Shown here: positions 8,537-18,500 of the stretch, one piece after another
Numbering within the stretch: position 1 is the stretch's first letter
Layout of the letters: the number at the start of each line of letters is the position of its first letter
Origin: Candidatus Omnitrophota bacterium
Lineage (GTDB): Bacteria > Omnitrophota > Gorgyraeia > Gygaellales > Profunditerraquicolaceae
Length of the DNA stretch: 64,000 nt
Reading direction: 5' to 3'
Assembly (NCBI GenBank): GCA_003598025.1
Contig: QZKH01000003.1
Location: 42,048-106,047, forward strand
Position numbers and translations under genes: made by a program
The notes under the pieces: model-generated
Seen by the model: the letters and a program-made list of their open reading frames with translations, nothing else
Told to the model about the DNA's origin: nothing
Databases searched by the model: none

Positions 8537-9286
8537 ATGACTGATCAATTATTGAGGCCAGTTTATATTGACGCATTTGATTTAGATGATGCCTGGTTCC
8601 AGTGCTTAAGCGCAATCCTGGAAAAAGGGCATGTTTATACGATAACCCGAGGCAGTTATGAAGGCCAGAAAAGGCTTGAATTTGATTTTGCCGTTGTAAG
8701 GGTAAAGAAACCCTCTCATCAGATTATACCGGTTATACCTGAAGGCATGAGTATACCGGCGCCTACAGATATGGATTACATCCAGGGTTATTTAAGCTAT
8801 CTGTTGACCGGGGCTAAAACAGAGACTGAGGATTACACTTATGGAGAACGGCTGGTTGACCCGAAGGTCAAGGTAAAAACCGCAGGAGCCGGCAACAATA
8901 TCTATAATGAAATACCATTGGATGTCAATCAGGTGGATGAAGTGATAAAAATTTATAAGGAAAAAGGACATGGTACTAATCAGGCAATCATGGAAATAGG
9001 GATGCCATCTGATATAAAATTGGTCGATCCGCCTTGTCTTAGGTTGATTGATACTCGTATCAGGTATGGTAAGCTGCATTTTATTTTATATTTCCGTTCC
9101 TGGGATTTATGGGGAGGGTTTCCTTCCAACCTTGGCGGCTTGCAGTTGGTCAAGCAATATATGGCTGATGAAATAGGTGTCGGCGATGGTGAGATTATTG
9201 CTGCGAGTAAAGGCCTGCATCTATATGATTACTCGTGGGATTTAGCTAAAATTAGGACTAATAAAAATAATTTACAGATAGCTTAA
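8537..9286 (+). CDS. thyA: Thymidylate synthase (ThyA) family enzyme, short archaeal-type. A dNMP hydroxymethylase cannot be excluded.
   Basis: ThyA motifs YTYGERL (YGxQWR-like), DPPC (nucleophile Cys), YFRSWD (RSxD), FPSN (Asn). 249 aa. Confidence 0.65.
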   Translation: MTDQLLRPVYIDAFDLDDAWFQCLSAILEKGHVYTITRGSYEGQKRLEFDFAVVRVKKPSHQIIPVIPEGMSIPAPTDMDYIQGYLSYLLTGAKTETEDYTYGERLVDPKVKVKTAGAGNNIYNEIPLDVNQVDEVIKIYKEKGHGTNQAIMEIGMPSDIKLVDPPCLRLIDTRIRYGKLHFILYFRSWDLWGGFPSNLGGLQLVKQYMADEIGVGDGEIIAASKGLHLYDYSWDLAKIRTNKNNLQIA

Positions 9287-9287
9287 T

Positions 9288-9707
9288 ATGGATAAACATC
9301 AGGGTCCGCACAACAAAACAGAGCGCAGGGAATTTTCCAGGCTTGATTATCTTAAGCCGCTTGCTTTCAAGGTATGTAAGCCGGAGATCATAGATAAATT
9401 ATTGGAGGGCTACACCAGCAATATAAGCCAGTCAGGCATATTATGCAACATAAGAGACAATGTGGTTTCGGGAGATATCGTCTGGCTTTCTTTCGACAGG
9501 TCGACTTTAAGTATCTGCGAAGATATAGAGAGGCGGTGTTTTATCTATCAGAACGGCATAATAGGAAAAGTGGTCAGGATCGAACATAAAGAGGACGGTT
9601 CATTTAACGTGGGTTTGAAGTTTGTAACGCGTGAAGAAAGAAATGATACAAACATACATCCAAAGATTTACTTTCTTCAAATGGGTTTGAATAAAAACAA
9701 TGAATAA
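9288..9707 (+). CDS. Stand-alone PilZ-domain protein (putative c-di-GMP receptor)
   Basis: RxxxR-like RREFSR and D/NxSxxG-like NISQSGILC motifs. 139 aa. Overlaps the gpsA start. Confidence 0.6.
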   Translation: MDKHQGPHNKTERREFSRLDYLKPLAFKVCKPEIIDKLLEGYTSNISQSGILCNIRDNVVSGDIVWLSFDRSTLSICEDIERRCFIYQNGIIGKVVRIEHKEDGSFNVGLKFVTREERNDTNIHPKIYFLQMGLNKNNE

Positions 9708-10695
9708 GAATATTGCTGTTATTGGTGACGGCGGCTGGGGTACGACTCTGGCTATTATTTTGGCAGGGAAAGGATACTCAGTTACTTTATGGGGGGCTTT
9801 CCCAAAGTATGTTAGCCAGGTCAAAGAAACCAGGATCAATGAGAAATTCCTTCCGGATATCAAGATACCCAGGCAAGTTGTCTTAACTCACGATCTAGAG
9901 GAGGCTTTATATCAAAAGGATATAGTGGTGTTGACCGTGCCTTCCCAATACATCCGTGGTGTGCTAGAAAAGATAAAGAAAAATGATTACCCAAGGAGAG
10001 CAATTTATTTAAGCGGTACGAAAGGTATTGAAATAGGAACTTTATGCAGGATTTCACAGATAATTGAAGAGGAGCTTGGTAAGGTTAAGATAGCTGTCCT
10101 TTCTGGGCCGACCATAGCACATGAAGTTGCCCTGGGTGTGCCAACAGCAGCTGTTATTGCTGCGAATAATAGAGAAATAAGCAAATCCTTGCAGGAAGTA
10201 TTCATGACAGACGCTTTCAGGATATATACGAACAGTGATGTTATCGGTGTTGAATTGGGCGGAAGCTTAAAAAATATAATTGCTATTGCTTGTGGTATAT
10301 CCGATGGTCTGGGGTTTGGAACTAATACTAAAGCCGCGCTGCTTGCAAGAGGGCTGGCGGAGATTTCGCGGTTAGGCAAAGCCATGGGTGCAAGGCAAAA
10401 TACGTTTAGTGGTATAAGCGGTTTGGGCGATTTAGTGACTACATGCATAAGCCAATACAGCAGGAATAGGTTTGTCGGTGAACAAATCGGCAAAGGGATA
10501 AGCCTGAAGGATATAAACTCAAAAATGCAAATGGTAGCAGAAGGTTTACCGACCACCAAGTCAGTTTATGAGTTGAGCATAAAATACCGCGTTGATATGC
10601 CGATAACCAGCCAGGTTTATTCGGTTATTTACAAAAACAAGCCAGCATACAAAGCGGTAAGAGATTTAATGACAAGACAGGGTAAATCTGAATAA
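9700..10695 (+). CDS. gpsA: NAD(P)H-dependent glycerol-3-phosphate dehydrogenase
   Basis: N-terminal Rossmann IAVIGDGGWGTTLAIILA. GpsA length of 331 aa. Confidence 0.9.
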   Translation: MNKNIAVIGDGGWGTTLAIILAGKGYSVTLWGAFPKYVSQVKETRINEKFLPDIKIPRQVVLTHDLEEALYQKDIVVLTVPSQYIRGVLEKIKKNDYPRRAIYLSGTKGIEIGTLCRISQIIEEELGKVKIAVLSGPTIAHEVALGVPTAAVIAANNREISKSLQEVFMTDAFRIYTNSDVIGVELGGSLKNIIAIACGISDGLGFGTNTKAALLARGLAEISRLGKAMGARQNTFSGISGLGDLVTTCISQYSRNRFVGEQIGKGISLKDINSKMQMVAEGLPTTKSVYELSIKYRVDMPITSQVYSVIYKNKPAYKAVRDLMTRQGKSE

Positions 10696-10723
10696 GCGCG
10701 GTAATTTACGGGGAGTAGCGCAG

Positions 10724-10875
10724 CTCCGACGCACTCATTTCATTCGCAGTCGGAGTCCCGACCGAGTGTAAACGAGCGTCGGGATTTGGCTTTATCGTCC
10801 GTCATTAATAAAGAAGTTACGGACGATGCCCATTTTGCGCTAACATTTGGCTGAACATATTTGTTAGTTGATATA
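10724..10875 (+). other. 152-bp hairpin-rich segment bounded by a 16-nt direct repeat of the tRNA-Pro 5' end (ACGGGGAGTAGCGCAG at 10708-10723 and 10876-10891). Possible terminators, a small RNA, or a miniature insertion.
   Basis: Three perfect stems: CTCCGAC/GTCGGAG, TCCCGAC/GTCGGGA, ATCGTCCGT/ACGGACGAT. Confidence 0.6.
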
Positions 10876-10876
10876 A

Positions 10877-10953
10877 CGGGGAGTAGCGCAGTTTGGCTAG
10901 CGCGTTTGAATGGGGTTCAAAAGGTCGTGGGTTCAAGTCCCACCTCCCCGACC
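10877..10953 (+). tRNA. tRNA-Pro (anticodon GGG). CCA encoded.
   Basis: Acceptor CGGGGAG/CTCCCCG, anticodon stem TTTGA/TCAAA with loop ATGGGGT, T-arm GTGGGTTCAAGTCCCAC, then ACCA. Confidence 0.85.
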
Positions 10954-11076
10954 AAAGTTCTCTTGTGATGTTTGAGATGTGAGCTTTGGCCATGAGTAGC
11001 CATATTTGTTGACGATTAGTACAAGAGATTTGAGAAAAAATTTTAATTCGAAATATTATCACGAAAGGAGAAATCT

Positions 11077-11430
11077 ATGGAATTCAAGGGGCCGGAAAAA
11101 AGAAAGACGCCTAGGATAGCCGGAAGATTTATTGTCTCTTACAGGATTTTAGAGGAAAATAATAATGTCGATATCTCGCAAACTAAGAATTTGAGTATGG
11201 GCGGCATGCTTCTGACTACTAACAGGCACTTCGATGTTGGCACTAATATCGCTCTGGAAATCCGTCTTCCATTTGATCCCAACCCGATTATGCTTATCGC
11301 CAAGGTCATGGAATCCAGGGAGATTACCAAAGATTTGATATATGATACCAGGCTTGCCTTTCTGGCCGTGGATGAAAGACACAGAAAAATAATAAATGAA
11401 ACAGTGGATTACTATATAAAGAAAGGTTAG
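11077..11430 (+). CDS. Stand-alone PilZ-domain protein
   Basis: RKTPRIAGR (RxxxR) and NLSMGGMLL (DxSxGG-like) motifs. 117 aa. Confidence 0.6.
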   Translation: MEFKGPEKRKTPRIAGRFIVSYRILEENNNVDISQTKNLSMGGMLLTTNRHFDVGTNIALEIRLPFDPNPIMLIAKVMESREITKDLIYDTRLAFLAVDERHRKIINETVDYYIKKG

Positions 11431-11432
11431 TT

Positions 11433-12728
11433 ATGAAGAAGATAAATGTTGGCCTGATAGGTTTCGGCAATGTCGGCTCGGGAGTAGTAAAGATCCTTAA
11501 AGACAGAAGAAGCCTGCTGAGCGAGAAAATCGGCATAGAGATTAACATTAAGAAAATATGCGATAAGGATATTTCTTCAAAGAGAAATATAAAAGTAGAT
11601 AAATCTCTTTTGACTTCTAATGTCAAGGAGGTCATCAGTGATCCCCAGGTTGATATTATCGTTGAGCTTGTTGGAGGAATCCATCCGGCTAAGGAATTTG
11701 TCATTGAGGCTTTAAAGAATGGCAAGAATATCGTTACTGCCAATAAAGCATTATTGGCTGAAAACGGGTTAGAGCTATTTACTCTCGCTAAAGATAAGGG
11801 AAAAAATATTTATTTTGAAGCTTCAGTCGGAGCAGGTATCCCGATTATTAAATCTTTGCGTGAAGGCCTGGTAGCAAACAGGTTCAGCAGGATATTTGGT
11901 ATAGTAAACGGTACATCCAACTTCATTCTTTCGCAGATGTCTGATAGCAGCTGTAGTTTTGGCGCTGCTTTAGCCGAGGCCAAGAAGAGAGGCTTTGCCG
12001 AGAGTGATCCTACTCTTGACATAGAGGGGATTGATTCTGCCCATAAGCTTGTATTGCTTACATATTTGTCTTTCGGCAAATTTGTTGATATGGGTAATGT
12101 TTTTATAGAAGGGATATCCAGGATATCTTCTTGGGATGTTAAATATGCTAAGGAACTTGGGTTTGAAATCAAATTACTTGCTATTGCAAAAAAAGAAGGC
12201 TCGCAGTTGGAGACCAGGGTGCATCCTACGTTTATACCCAGAGAACATCTTTTATCGTCAGTAAGAAGTGTTTTTAATGCTATATATGTCTCTTCTGACC
12301 TTGCCGGAGACCTTCTTTTCTACGGCCCCGGCGCAGGGCAGTTCTCGGCGGCGTCTGCGGTTGTTTCTGATTTAGTGGATTTAACCCAGGATATTAAAGC
12401 CGGAATGTTCAGGCCTATACTAAATACTGTAGTCGATAAGAGCATAAGTTCATTAAGGAGTATAGACGATATTGAGAGCCGTTATTACATACGTTTTATG
12501 GCTATGGATAAGCCCGGGGTGCTGGCAAAGATTTCCGGAATTCTGGCCAGGTTCGGCATAAGTATTGCATCTGTCAGCCAGAAGGCTGAAGCAAAAGCTC
12601 AAATTGTTCCGGTAGTAATAATTGTCCATAATGCAAAAGAGAAAAATCTTAAGGCCGCATTAAAGGCTATAGATAAACTTGATTCTGTAAAACCTGAGTC
12701 AGTAGCGATAAGGATTGAAGATTTATGA
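11433..12728 (+). CDS. hom: Homoserine dehydrogenase with a C-terminal ACT domain
   Basis: VGLIGFGNVGSGV NAD-binding site and the homoserine dehydrogenase catalytic region. 431 aa. Confidence 0.9.
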   Translation: MKKINVGLIGFGNVGSGVVKILKDRRSLLSEKIGIEINIKKICDKDISSKRNIKVDKSLLTSNVKEVISDPQVDIIVELVGGIHPAKEFVIEALKNGKNIVTANKALLAENGLELFTLAKDKGKNIYFEASVGAGIPIIKSLREGLVANRFSRIFGIVNGTSNFILSQMSDSSCSFGAALAEAKKRGFAESDPTLDIEGIDSAHKLVLLTYLSFGKFVDMGNVFIEGISRISSWDVKYAKELGFEIKLLAIAKKEGSQLETRVHPTFIPREHLLSSVRSVFNAIYVSSDLAGDLLFYGPGAGQFSAASAVVSDLVDLTQDIKAGMFRPILNTVVDKSISSLRSIDDIESRYYIRFMAMDKPGVLAKISGILARFGISIASVSQKAEAKAQIVPVVIIVHNAKEKNLKAALKAIDKLDSVKPESVAIRIEDL

Positions 12729-13819
12729 ATAGACCAACAAAATGTTGCCAGTACAAGGGGATAATTGAAAGGTATTCAGAATTTCTGCCGGTTACAAAAA
12801 ATACGCCGGTAGTGAGTTTATTGGAGGGCGATACACCGTTAATTTATGCGCATCATATAAGCGGTTTGTTTGGAAGCCGAGTCAGGGTGTTTTTAAAATA
12901 TGAAGGCTTAAATCCCACAGGTTCTTTTAAGGACAGGGGTATGACTCTAGCTATCTCTAAGGCTATTGAAAATAAGGCAAAAGCAGTAATTTGCGCTTCT
13001 ACCGGTAATACCTCGGCTTCTGCCGCAGCTTATTCAGCCAGGGCAAAGATTAAATGTATTGTCTTGATACCTAAGGGTTCAATAGCGTTAGGCAAATTAA
13101 GCCAGGCGCTGATCCATGGAGCCAGTGTATTGGCGGTAGATGGCAATTTCGACGATGCCTTGGATATAGTCAAGCAGGTCAGTAATAACTATCCTGTTAC
13201 GCTGGTTAATTCATTGAATCCATTTAGGATAGAAGGGCAGAAGACCGGTAGTTTTGAGATTTGTGATTTTCTGGGATTCGCGCCTGATTTTCAGGTTATG
13301 CCTGTGGGTAATGCCGGCAACATAACAGCTTACTGGAAAGGTTATAAGGAGTATCGAAATGAAGGTTTTATTAACTCTTTACCAAAAATGCTGGGTTTCC
13401 AGGCTGCAGGTTCTGCACCCATTGTAAAGAGGCACATTATAAAGCATCCGAAAACAATCGCTACTGCTATAAAAATAGGCAATCCTGCAAGCTGGAAGTC
13501 TGCTGAAGAGGCGCGTGATGAGTCTGGTGGTTTGATTGATTGTGTAAGCGATGTCCAAATAATCAAAGCTTATAAACTGCTTGCGGAAAAAGAAGGGGTA
13601 TTTGTTGAGCCTGCGTCAGCAGCTTCAATAGCCGGTTTGCTTAAATTACAGGAGAGAGGATATTTCAGGAAATTTAGCAAAAATAGAGGCAACATTAATA
13701 TAGTATGTATCCTCACCGGGCACGGCCTAAAGGACCCCGATAGAGCCATTAGTAGCGTGCCAAAACCCAAAATAGTCAAGGCTAATTTAAAGGCAGTGTT
13801 GAAAGAAATTGGCTACTAA
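12725..13819 (+). CDS. thrC: Threonine synthase
   Basis: PLP lysine motif NPTGSFKDRGMT. 364 aa. Confidence 0.9.
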   Translation: MNRPTKCCQYKGIIERYSEFLPVTKNTPVVSLLEGDTPLIYAHHISGLFGSRVRVFLKYEGLNPTGSFKDRGMTLAISKAIENKAKAVICASTGNTSASAAAYSARAKIKCIVLIPKGSIALGKLSQALIHGASVLAVDGNFDDALDIVKQVSNNYPVTLVNSLNPFRIEGQKTGSFEICDFLGFAPDFQVMPVGNAGNITAYWKGYKEYRNEGFINSLPKMLGFQAAGSAPIVKRHIIKHPKTIATAIKIGNPASWKSAEEARDESGGLIDCVSDVQIIKAYKLLAEKEGVFVEPASAASIAGLLKLQERGYFRKFSKNRGNINIVCILTGHGLKDPDRAISSVPKPKIVKANLKAVLKEIGY

Positions 13820-14492
13820 ATTAAAGCGGGATTATCATAGGAAAAGCAAACGCCGTAAAATCAGGGTTTTAATTACCGCTGGCCCTACTTGGATTCAGCT
13901 TGACCCTGTTAGAATTATAAGTAATATTTCTACCGGTAAGACCGGACAGATGCTGGCTGAGAAGATTGCGCGGGCAGGGAATCAGGTAAAATTATTGCTC
14001 GGCCCTTCACCCTTTGGCTATAAACATAACTTTAAAGGTGTGGAAGTCCTGCGCTATATCTTTTTTAACGAACTGCGGGATAAAATAAGGAAAATCCTGC
14101 GCAAATCAAGATTTGATGTCGTAATACACTCTGCAGCTGTTTGTGATTTCTGGCCATTACAGGTTGTCCGCCATAAATTCAAATCGAGCAATAAGAAATG
14201 GGATGTTAAATTGGTGAGGACGCCCAAGATAATAAATGAAATCAAGCGTATAAGCCCGGGCCTGATGTTAGTAGGTTTTAAATTTGAACCACAAGCTTCT
14301 AAAGGCTATTTAATCAAAGAGGCTGGCATGCTCATGCGGCAGTCTGGTTCTGATATTGTAGTTGCAAATACGGTGAAAAATAATTCTTATAAAGCCTATA
14401 TTCTTGATTCAGATTCTGTACGAGGACCTTTTATTAATAAATCTGCTATGTCAGATACATTAATCAAATTAATACAGGATAAAATAAAATGA
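13809..14492 (+). CDS. coaB: Phosphopantothenate--cysteine ligase (stand-alone CoaB domain)
   Basis: ITAGPTWIQLDPVRIISNISTGKTG matches the DFP/CoaB signature ITAGPT..LDPVR.ISN.SSGK. No CoaC half. Confidence 0.8.
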   Translation: MATKLKRDYHRKSKRRKIRVLITAGPTWIQLDPVRIISNISTGKTGQMLAEKIARAGNQVKLLLGPSPFGYKHNFKGVEVLRYIFFNELRDKIRKILRKSRFDVVIHSAAVCDFWPLQVVRHKFKSSNKKWDVKLVRTPKIINEIKRISPGLMLVGFKFEPQASKGYLIKEAGMLMRQSGSDIVVANTVKNNSYKAYILDSDSVRGPFINKSAMSDTLIKLIQDKIK

Positions 14493-15694
14493 AATATATT
14501 GTATTAGTCGGAGATGGCATGGCGGATTATCAGATTGAAGAGTTAGGTAACCGCACCCCTCTGGAAGCAGCCAAGACTCCAAATATGGATTATATCTGCA
14601 AGTATGGCAAGATCGGGCTGGCTAGGACTATCCCTGAAAATATGACCCCTGCTTCTGATGTAGCCAATATCTCTATATTAGGATATAACCCTAAAGAATA
14701 CTATTCAGGCAGGGGGCCTCTTGAAGCCGCTAACTTAGGTATAGAGCTTGAAAGCGATGATGTTGCTTTCCGTTGTAATTTAGTTACAGTCCTTGATGAT
14801 ACGATGGTTGATTATAGCGCCGGTCATATAAGCTCAAGGGAAGCCGCGTTAATAATAAAATTTATTGATGATAACCTCGGCAGCAATAAGATTAAATTTT
14901 ATCCGGGTGTTGGTTACAGGCATCTGATGGTTGTAAAACGCGGCGCAGAATCTCATTGGCATGAATTAGAATGTAGGGCTCCCCACGATATTACCGGGCA
15001 GAAGATTACGAAAAATTTTCCAAGAGGCGAGGGTTCAGACAAGCTTATAAAAATAATGCAGGACTCGCGTCCCCTCCTTGAAAACCATGAGATTAATATT
15101 GTCAGGGTTGACCTTAAAGAGAACCCGGCTAATATGATCTGGTTATGGGGGCAGGGCAGGAAGCCGGCTATGCCAAAGTTCTACGATAAATACGGGATAA
15201 ATGGAAGCGTTATTTCGGCAGTCGATTTAATAAAAGGATTGGGCAGGATATTGGGCCTGGAAGTTATCAATGTGAAAGGCGCAACAGGCTATTATGATAC
15301 AGATTATTTAGGAAAGGCAAAAGCCGCTCTGGCATCTCTTAAGGATAATGATTTTGTATTTGTGCATGTGGAGGCACCCGATGAAGCGGGGCACAATGGG
15401 GACTTAAGAGAGAAGCTTACAGCCATAGAGAGATTTGATCAGCTTATCGTTGGGACGATACTCGAAGCTTTTAAGAATAGAAAGGATTTTAGGATCATGG
15501 TATTGCCGGACCATCCTACTCCCATAGCTTTAAAGACACATTCAAGTGATATGGTCCCATTTGCTGTTTTTGGAAAAGACATTGTGCCTTCAGGCGCAGG
15601 ATCGTTCAGCGAGAAAGAAGCAGCTGCATCAGGTTTTTCTTTTGAAAGAGCGCATGAGCTTATGGATTATCTTATAAAAGGCCAGTATAAATGA
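14489..15694 (+). CDS. apgM: 2,3-bisphosphoglycerate-independent phosphoglycerate mutase, archaeal-type
   Basis: MKYIVLVGDGMADY N-terminus and metalloenzyme-superfamily motifs. 401 aa. Confidence 0.85.
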   Translation: MKYIVLVGDGMADYQIEELGNRTPLEAAKTPNMDYICKYGKIGLARTIPENMTPASDVANISILGYNPKEYYSGRGPLEAANLGIELESDDVAFRCNLVTVLDDTMVDYSAGHISSREAALIIKFIDDNLGSNKIKFYPGVGYRHLMVVKRGAESHWHELECRAPHDITGQKITKNFPRGEGSDKLIKIMQDSRPLLENHEINIVRVDLKENPANMIWLWGQGRKPAMPKFYDKYGINGSVISAVDLIKGLGRILGLEVINVKGATGYYDTDYLGKAKAALASLKDNDFVFVHVEAPDEAGHNGDLREKLTAIERFDQLIVGTILEAFKNRKDFRIMVLPDHPTPIALKTHSSDMVPFAVFGKDIVPSGAGSFSEKEAAASGFSFERAHELMDYLIKGQYK

Positions 15695-17280
15695 GTTCGT
15701 TTCTTATACTTCTTTTATCATTTGCTGTCTTTGCCTGGGCATATTTTTTTTATGCTAAACGCTTTGAGGCTATTTTAGGCGCAGATCCTAAGAAGCCTAC
15801 ACCGGCTTTTTCTAAATTCGATAGCGTTGATTATATCCCTGCAAAAAATGTTTTAGTGCTTTTTGGCCATCATTTTTCTTCTATCGCGGGAGCCGGGCCG
15901 ATAATCGGGCCTGTTATTGCGGTGATGCTCTGGGGTTGGTTGCCGGCGTTGTTATGGGTCATAATCGGTACAGTTTTTATAGGCGGGATACACGATTTTG
16001 GCTCTTTAGTAGTCTCTATTAAGCAGGGGGGTTCTTCTGTCGCAGATGTTTCACAGCATGTAATAAGCAAGAGGGTCAAAATTATTTTTTCGCTTTTTGT
16101 CTGGCTTGCCCTTATTTTAGTTATCGCTGTTTTTGCCTGGTTTTGCGCCGATACGTTTGTTAAAGAGCCAAAAATAGTCCTTCCTTCGCTTGGGCTTATA
16201 CCGGTAGCAATCCTTTGCGGTTACCTTTTATATGTAAGGCAGCGCAATCTGGCTTCGGTTACCGCATTAGGGTTACTGCTTTTAGTTGGGTTAATTTTTG
16301 TTGGTAATATATTGCCGATTAAAGCAGGCCTGAATATCTGGCTTTTTATACTTCTTTTTTATTGTTACTTGGCATCAATTCTTCCGGTTAATATTCTTCT
16401 TCAGCCCCGGGATTACCTGAGCAGCTACCTATTGTTCTTTGGGCTCGGTATGGGGTACATTTGTTTGTTATTTACCAGACCGCCGATTGAGATGCCTTTT
16501 TATCATAATTGGGTATCCAGTGAAGGTTATTTATGGCCCGCGTTATTTGTGACTGTTGCCTGCGGAGCGGTTTCCGGATTTCATTCTTTGATTGCCAGCG
16601 GTACGACTTCAAAACAGATATCCAATGAAGCTCAGGCAAGAAAAATAGGCTATGGGGCAATGGTCGTGGAGGCCATGCTTGCAATATTAGCGGTTTTATC
16701 AGTAGCAGTACTTTTTAATTCTAGAATGAATTTTGCCGCTATTCTTAAATCAAGAGGCCCCTCTGCGCTGTTTGGTGACGGATATGGTTATATCACTAAG
16801 CCTATGCTTGGCAGTTATGGGTTGTTTGTAGCCATTACTATCTTGAATGCTTTTATCCTTACGACGTTGGATACCGCAACTAGGATTACCAGGTATATAA
16901 GCGAAGAGCTTTTTAAAATAAAAAACAAACACATATCTACTGCTTTTGTTATTTTTTTGGCAGGCATGCTTGCTTTCAGCGGCAAATGGAGTAGGATTTG
17001 GCCGGTTTTTGGAGCATCAAATCAACTGGTAGCAGCTTTATCTTTATTTGTTTTGGCATCATGGTTGATAGCAAAACATAAGACAATACGTTTTGTTTTG
17101 GCCCCAGCCATATTTATGCTCATTACCACTTTAGTTTCACTTTTAGCGCAGGCCAGGAGATATTTTATTTCTAGGGACATAATGCTTTTAATTATTGTGA
17201 TTCTTTTAATGGGTTTAGCTTTTTTTATGATACTGGAGGTCGTTCCTTTAATTTCTAAGAGGAGAAGAGTTAATGTCTAA
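15691..17280 (+). CDS. cstA: CstA family transporter (carbon starvation protein A)
   Basis: GHHFSSIAGAGPIIGPVIAV signature of CstA. Many transmembrane segments. 529 aa. Confidence 0.8.
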   Translation: MSSFLILLLSFAVFAWAYFFYAKRFEAILGADPKKPTPAFSKFDSVDYIPAKNVLVLFGHHFSSIAGAGPIIGPVIAVMLWGWLPALLWVIIGTVFIGGIHDFGSLVVSIKQGGSSVADVSQHVISKRVKIIFSLFVWLALILVIAVFAWFCADTFVKEPKIVLPSLGLIPVAILCGYLLYVRQRNLASVTALGLLLLVGLIFVGNILPIKAGLNIWLFILLFYCYLASILPVNILLQPRDYLSSYLLFFGLGMGYICLLFTRPPIEMPFYHNWVSSEGYLWPALFVTVACGAVSGFHSLIASGTTSKQISNEAQARKIGYGAMVVEAMLAILAVLSVAVLFNSRMNFAAILKSRGPSALFGDGYGYITKPMLGSYGLFVAITILNAFILTTLDTATRITRYISEELFKIKNKHISTAFVIFLAGMLAFSGKWSRIWPVFGASNQLVAALSLFVLASWLIAKHKTIRFVLAPAIFMLITTLVSLLAQARRYFISRDIMLLIIVILLMGLAFFMILEVVPLISKRRRVNV

Positions 17281-18493
17281 AGGTCTGATAGTCCAGAAAT
17301 TCGGAGGTTCTTCTGTAGCCAATGTTGAATGTATACAGAACGTAGCAAGAAAAGTAACTGCTTATAAAAAACAGGGATATGATTTGGTAGTCGTGGTTTC
17401 TGCTTTAGGGGATACAACCGATGAATTGATTGAGCTGGCGAATAAAATTAATGTAGAGCCTTCTGAGCGGGAAATGGATATGTTGCTTTCTACCGGAGAG
17501 CAGATATCGGTCGCGTTACTGGCAATGGCTATCCATAAATTGGGATTTGAAGCCATATCTTTTACCGGAGCCCAGGTTGGTATTATCACTGATACCAGCC
17601 ATACAAAGGCACGAATAGTAAAAATTGAAGCAAAGAGGATAATAGAGAAAGTGAATGAAGGAAAGATCGTTATTGTTGCCGGGTTCCAGGGAATAACTCC
17701 GGATTATGATATAACTACTTTGGGCAGGGGAGGGTCTGATCTTACTGCTGTAGCTTTAGCTAAAGAGCTTAAGGCTGATCATTGCGAAATATATACCGAC
17801 GTTAAGGGTATATACACAACCGATCCTAGGATCGACTCGAGAGCCAGGAAGATAGAGAGTATAACATATGATGAGATGCTGGAAATGGCATCATTAGGCG
17901 CTCAGGTAATGCAGGCGCGTTCAATCGAAGTAGCAAAAAAATACGACGTACCTATACATGTACGTTCTTCTTTTTCTGATGAACCGGGTACTATGATTAT
18001 TAAGGAGGTTAAAAACATGGAAGAAGTTTTGGTAAGCGGTGTTACCTTGAATAAGAATGAAACGAAAATAACTGTTTGTAATGTTCCCGATAAACCGGGA
18101 GTCGCGGCTAAAATATTCAAGGAGATGTCGGGTGCCGGCATAAGTGTCGATATGATCGTCCAGAACGTCAGCCATTTAAGGCAGACCGATATTTCGTTTA
18201 CTGTAGATAAAGCATCTTCTCCTAAAGCGATGAAGATTGCAAAAAGCGTAGCAAGGAAGATAAAAGCCGGCGATGTCCTGGAAGGGCCAGATATAGCAAG
18301 AGTTTCTATAGTAGGCGTAGGCATGAAGTCGCATCCGGGCGTTGCTGCAACCATGTTTGACATACTTGCAAAAATCAAGGCTAATATTGAAATGATCTCA
18401 ACTTCAGAAATAAGCATATCGTGTATTATTGAAAAGAAGTTTGCAGAGAAGGCAGTTCGTGCCTTGCACGAGAAATTTAATCTCGGAAAGTAG
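17273..18493 (+). CDS. lysC: Aspartate kinase with C-terminal ACT domains
   Basis: IVQKFGGSSV and the amino-acid kinase fold. 406 aa. Confidence 0.9.
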   Translation: MSKGLIVQKFGGSSVANVECIQNVARKVTAYKKQGYDLVVVVSALGDTTDELIELANKINVEPSEREMDMLLSTGEQISVALLAMAIHKLGFEAISFTGAQVGIITDTSHTKARIVKIEAKRIIEKVNEGKIVIVAGFQGITPDYDITTLGRGGSDLTAVALAKELKADHCEIYTDVKGIYTTDPRIDSRARKIESITYDEMLEMASLGAQVMQARSIEVAKKYDVPIHVRSSFSDEPGTMIIKEVKNMEEVLVSGVTLNKNETKITVCNVPDKPGVAAKIFKEMSGAGISVDMIVQNVSHLRQTDISFTVDKASSPKAMKIAKSVARKIKAGDVLEGPDIARVSIVGVGMKSHPGVAATMFDILAKIKANIEMISTSEISISCIIEKKFAEKAVRALHEKFNLGK

Positions 18494-18500
18494 GTTTAAT

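Noticed and set aside
10817-11062. 81-aa minus-strand ORF across tRNA-Pro
   Set aside because: Covers a well-folded tRNA gene on the opposite strand. No coding signal.
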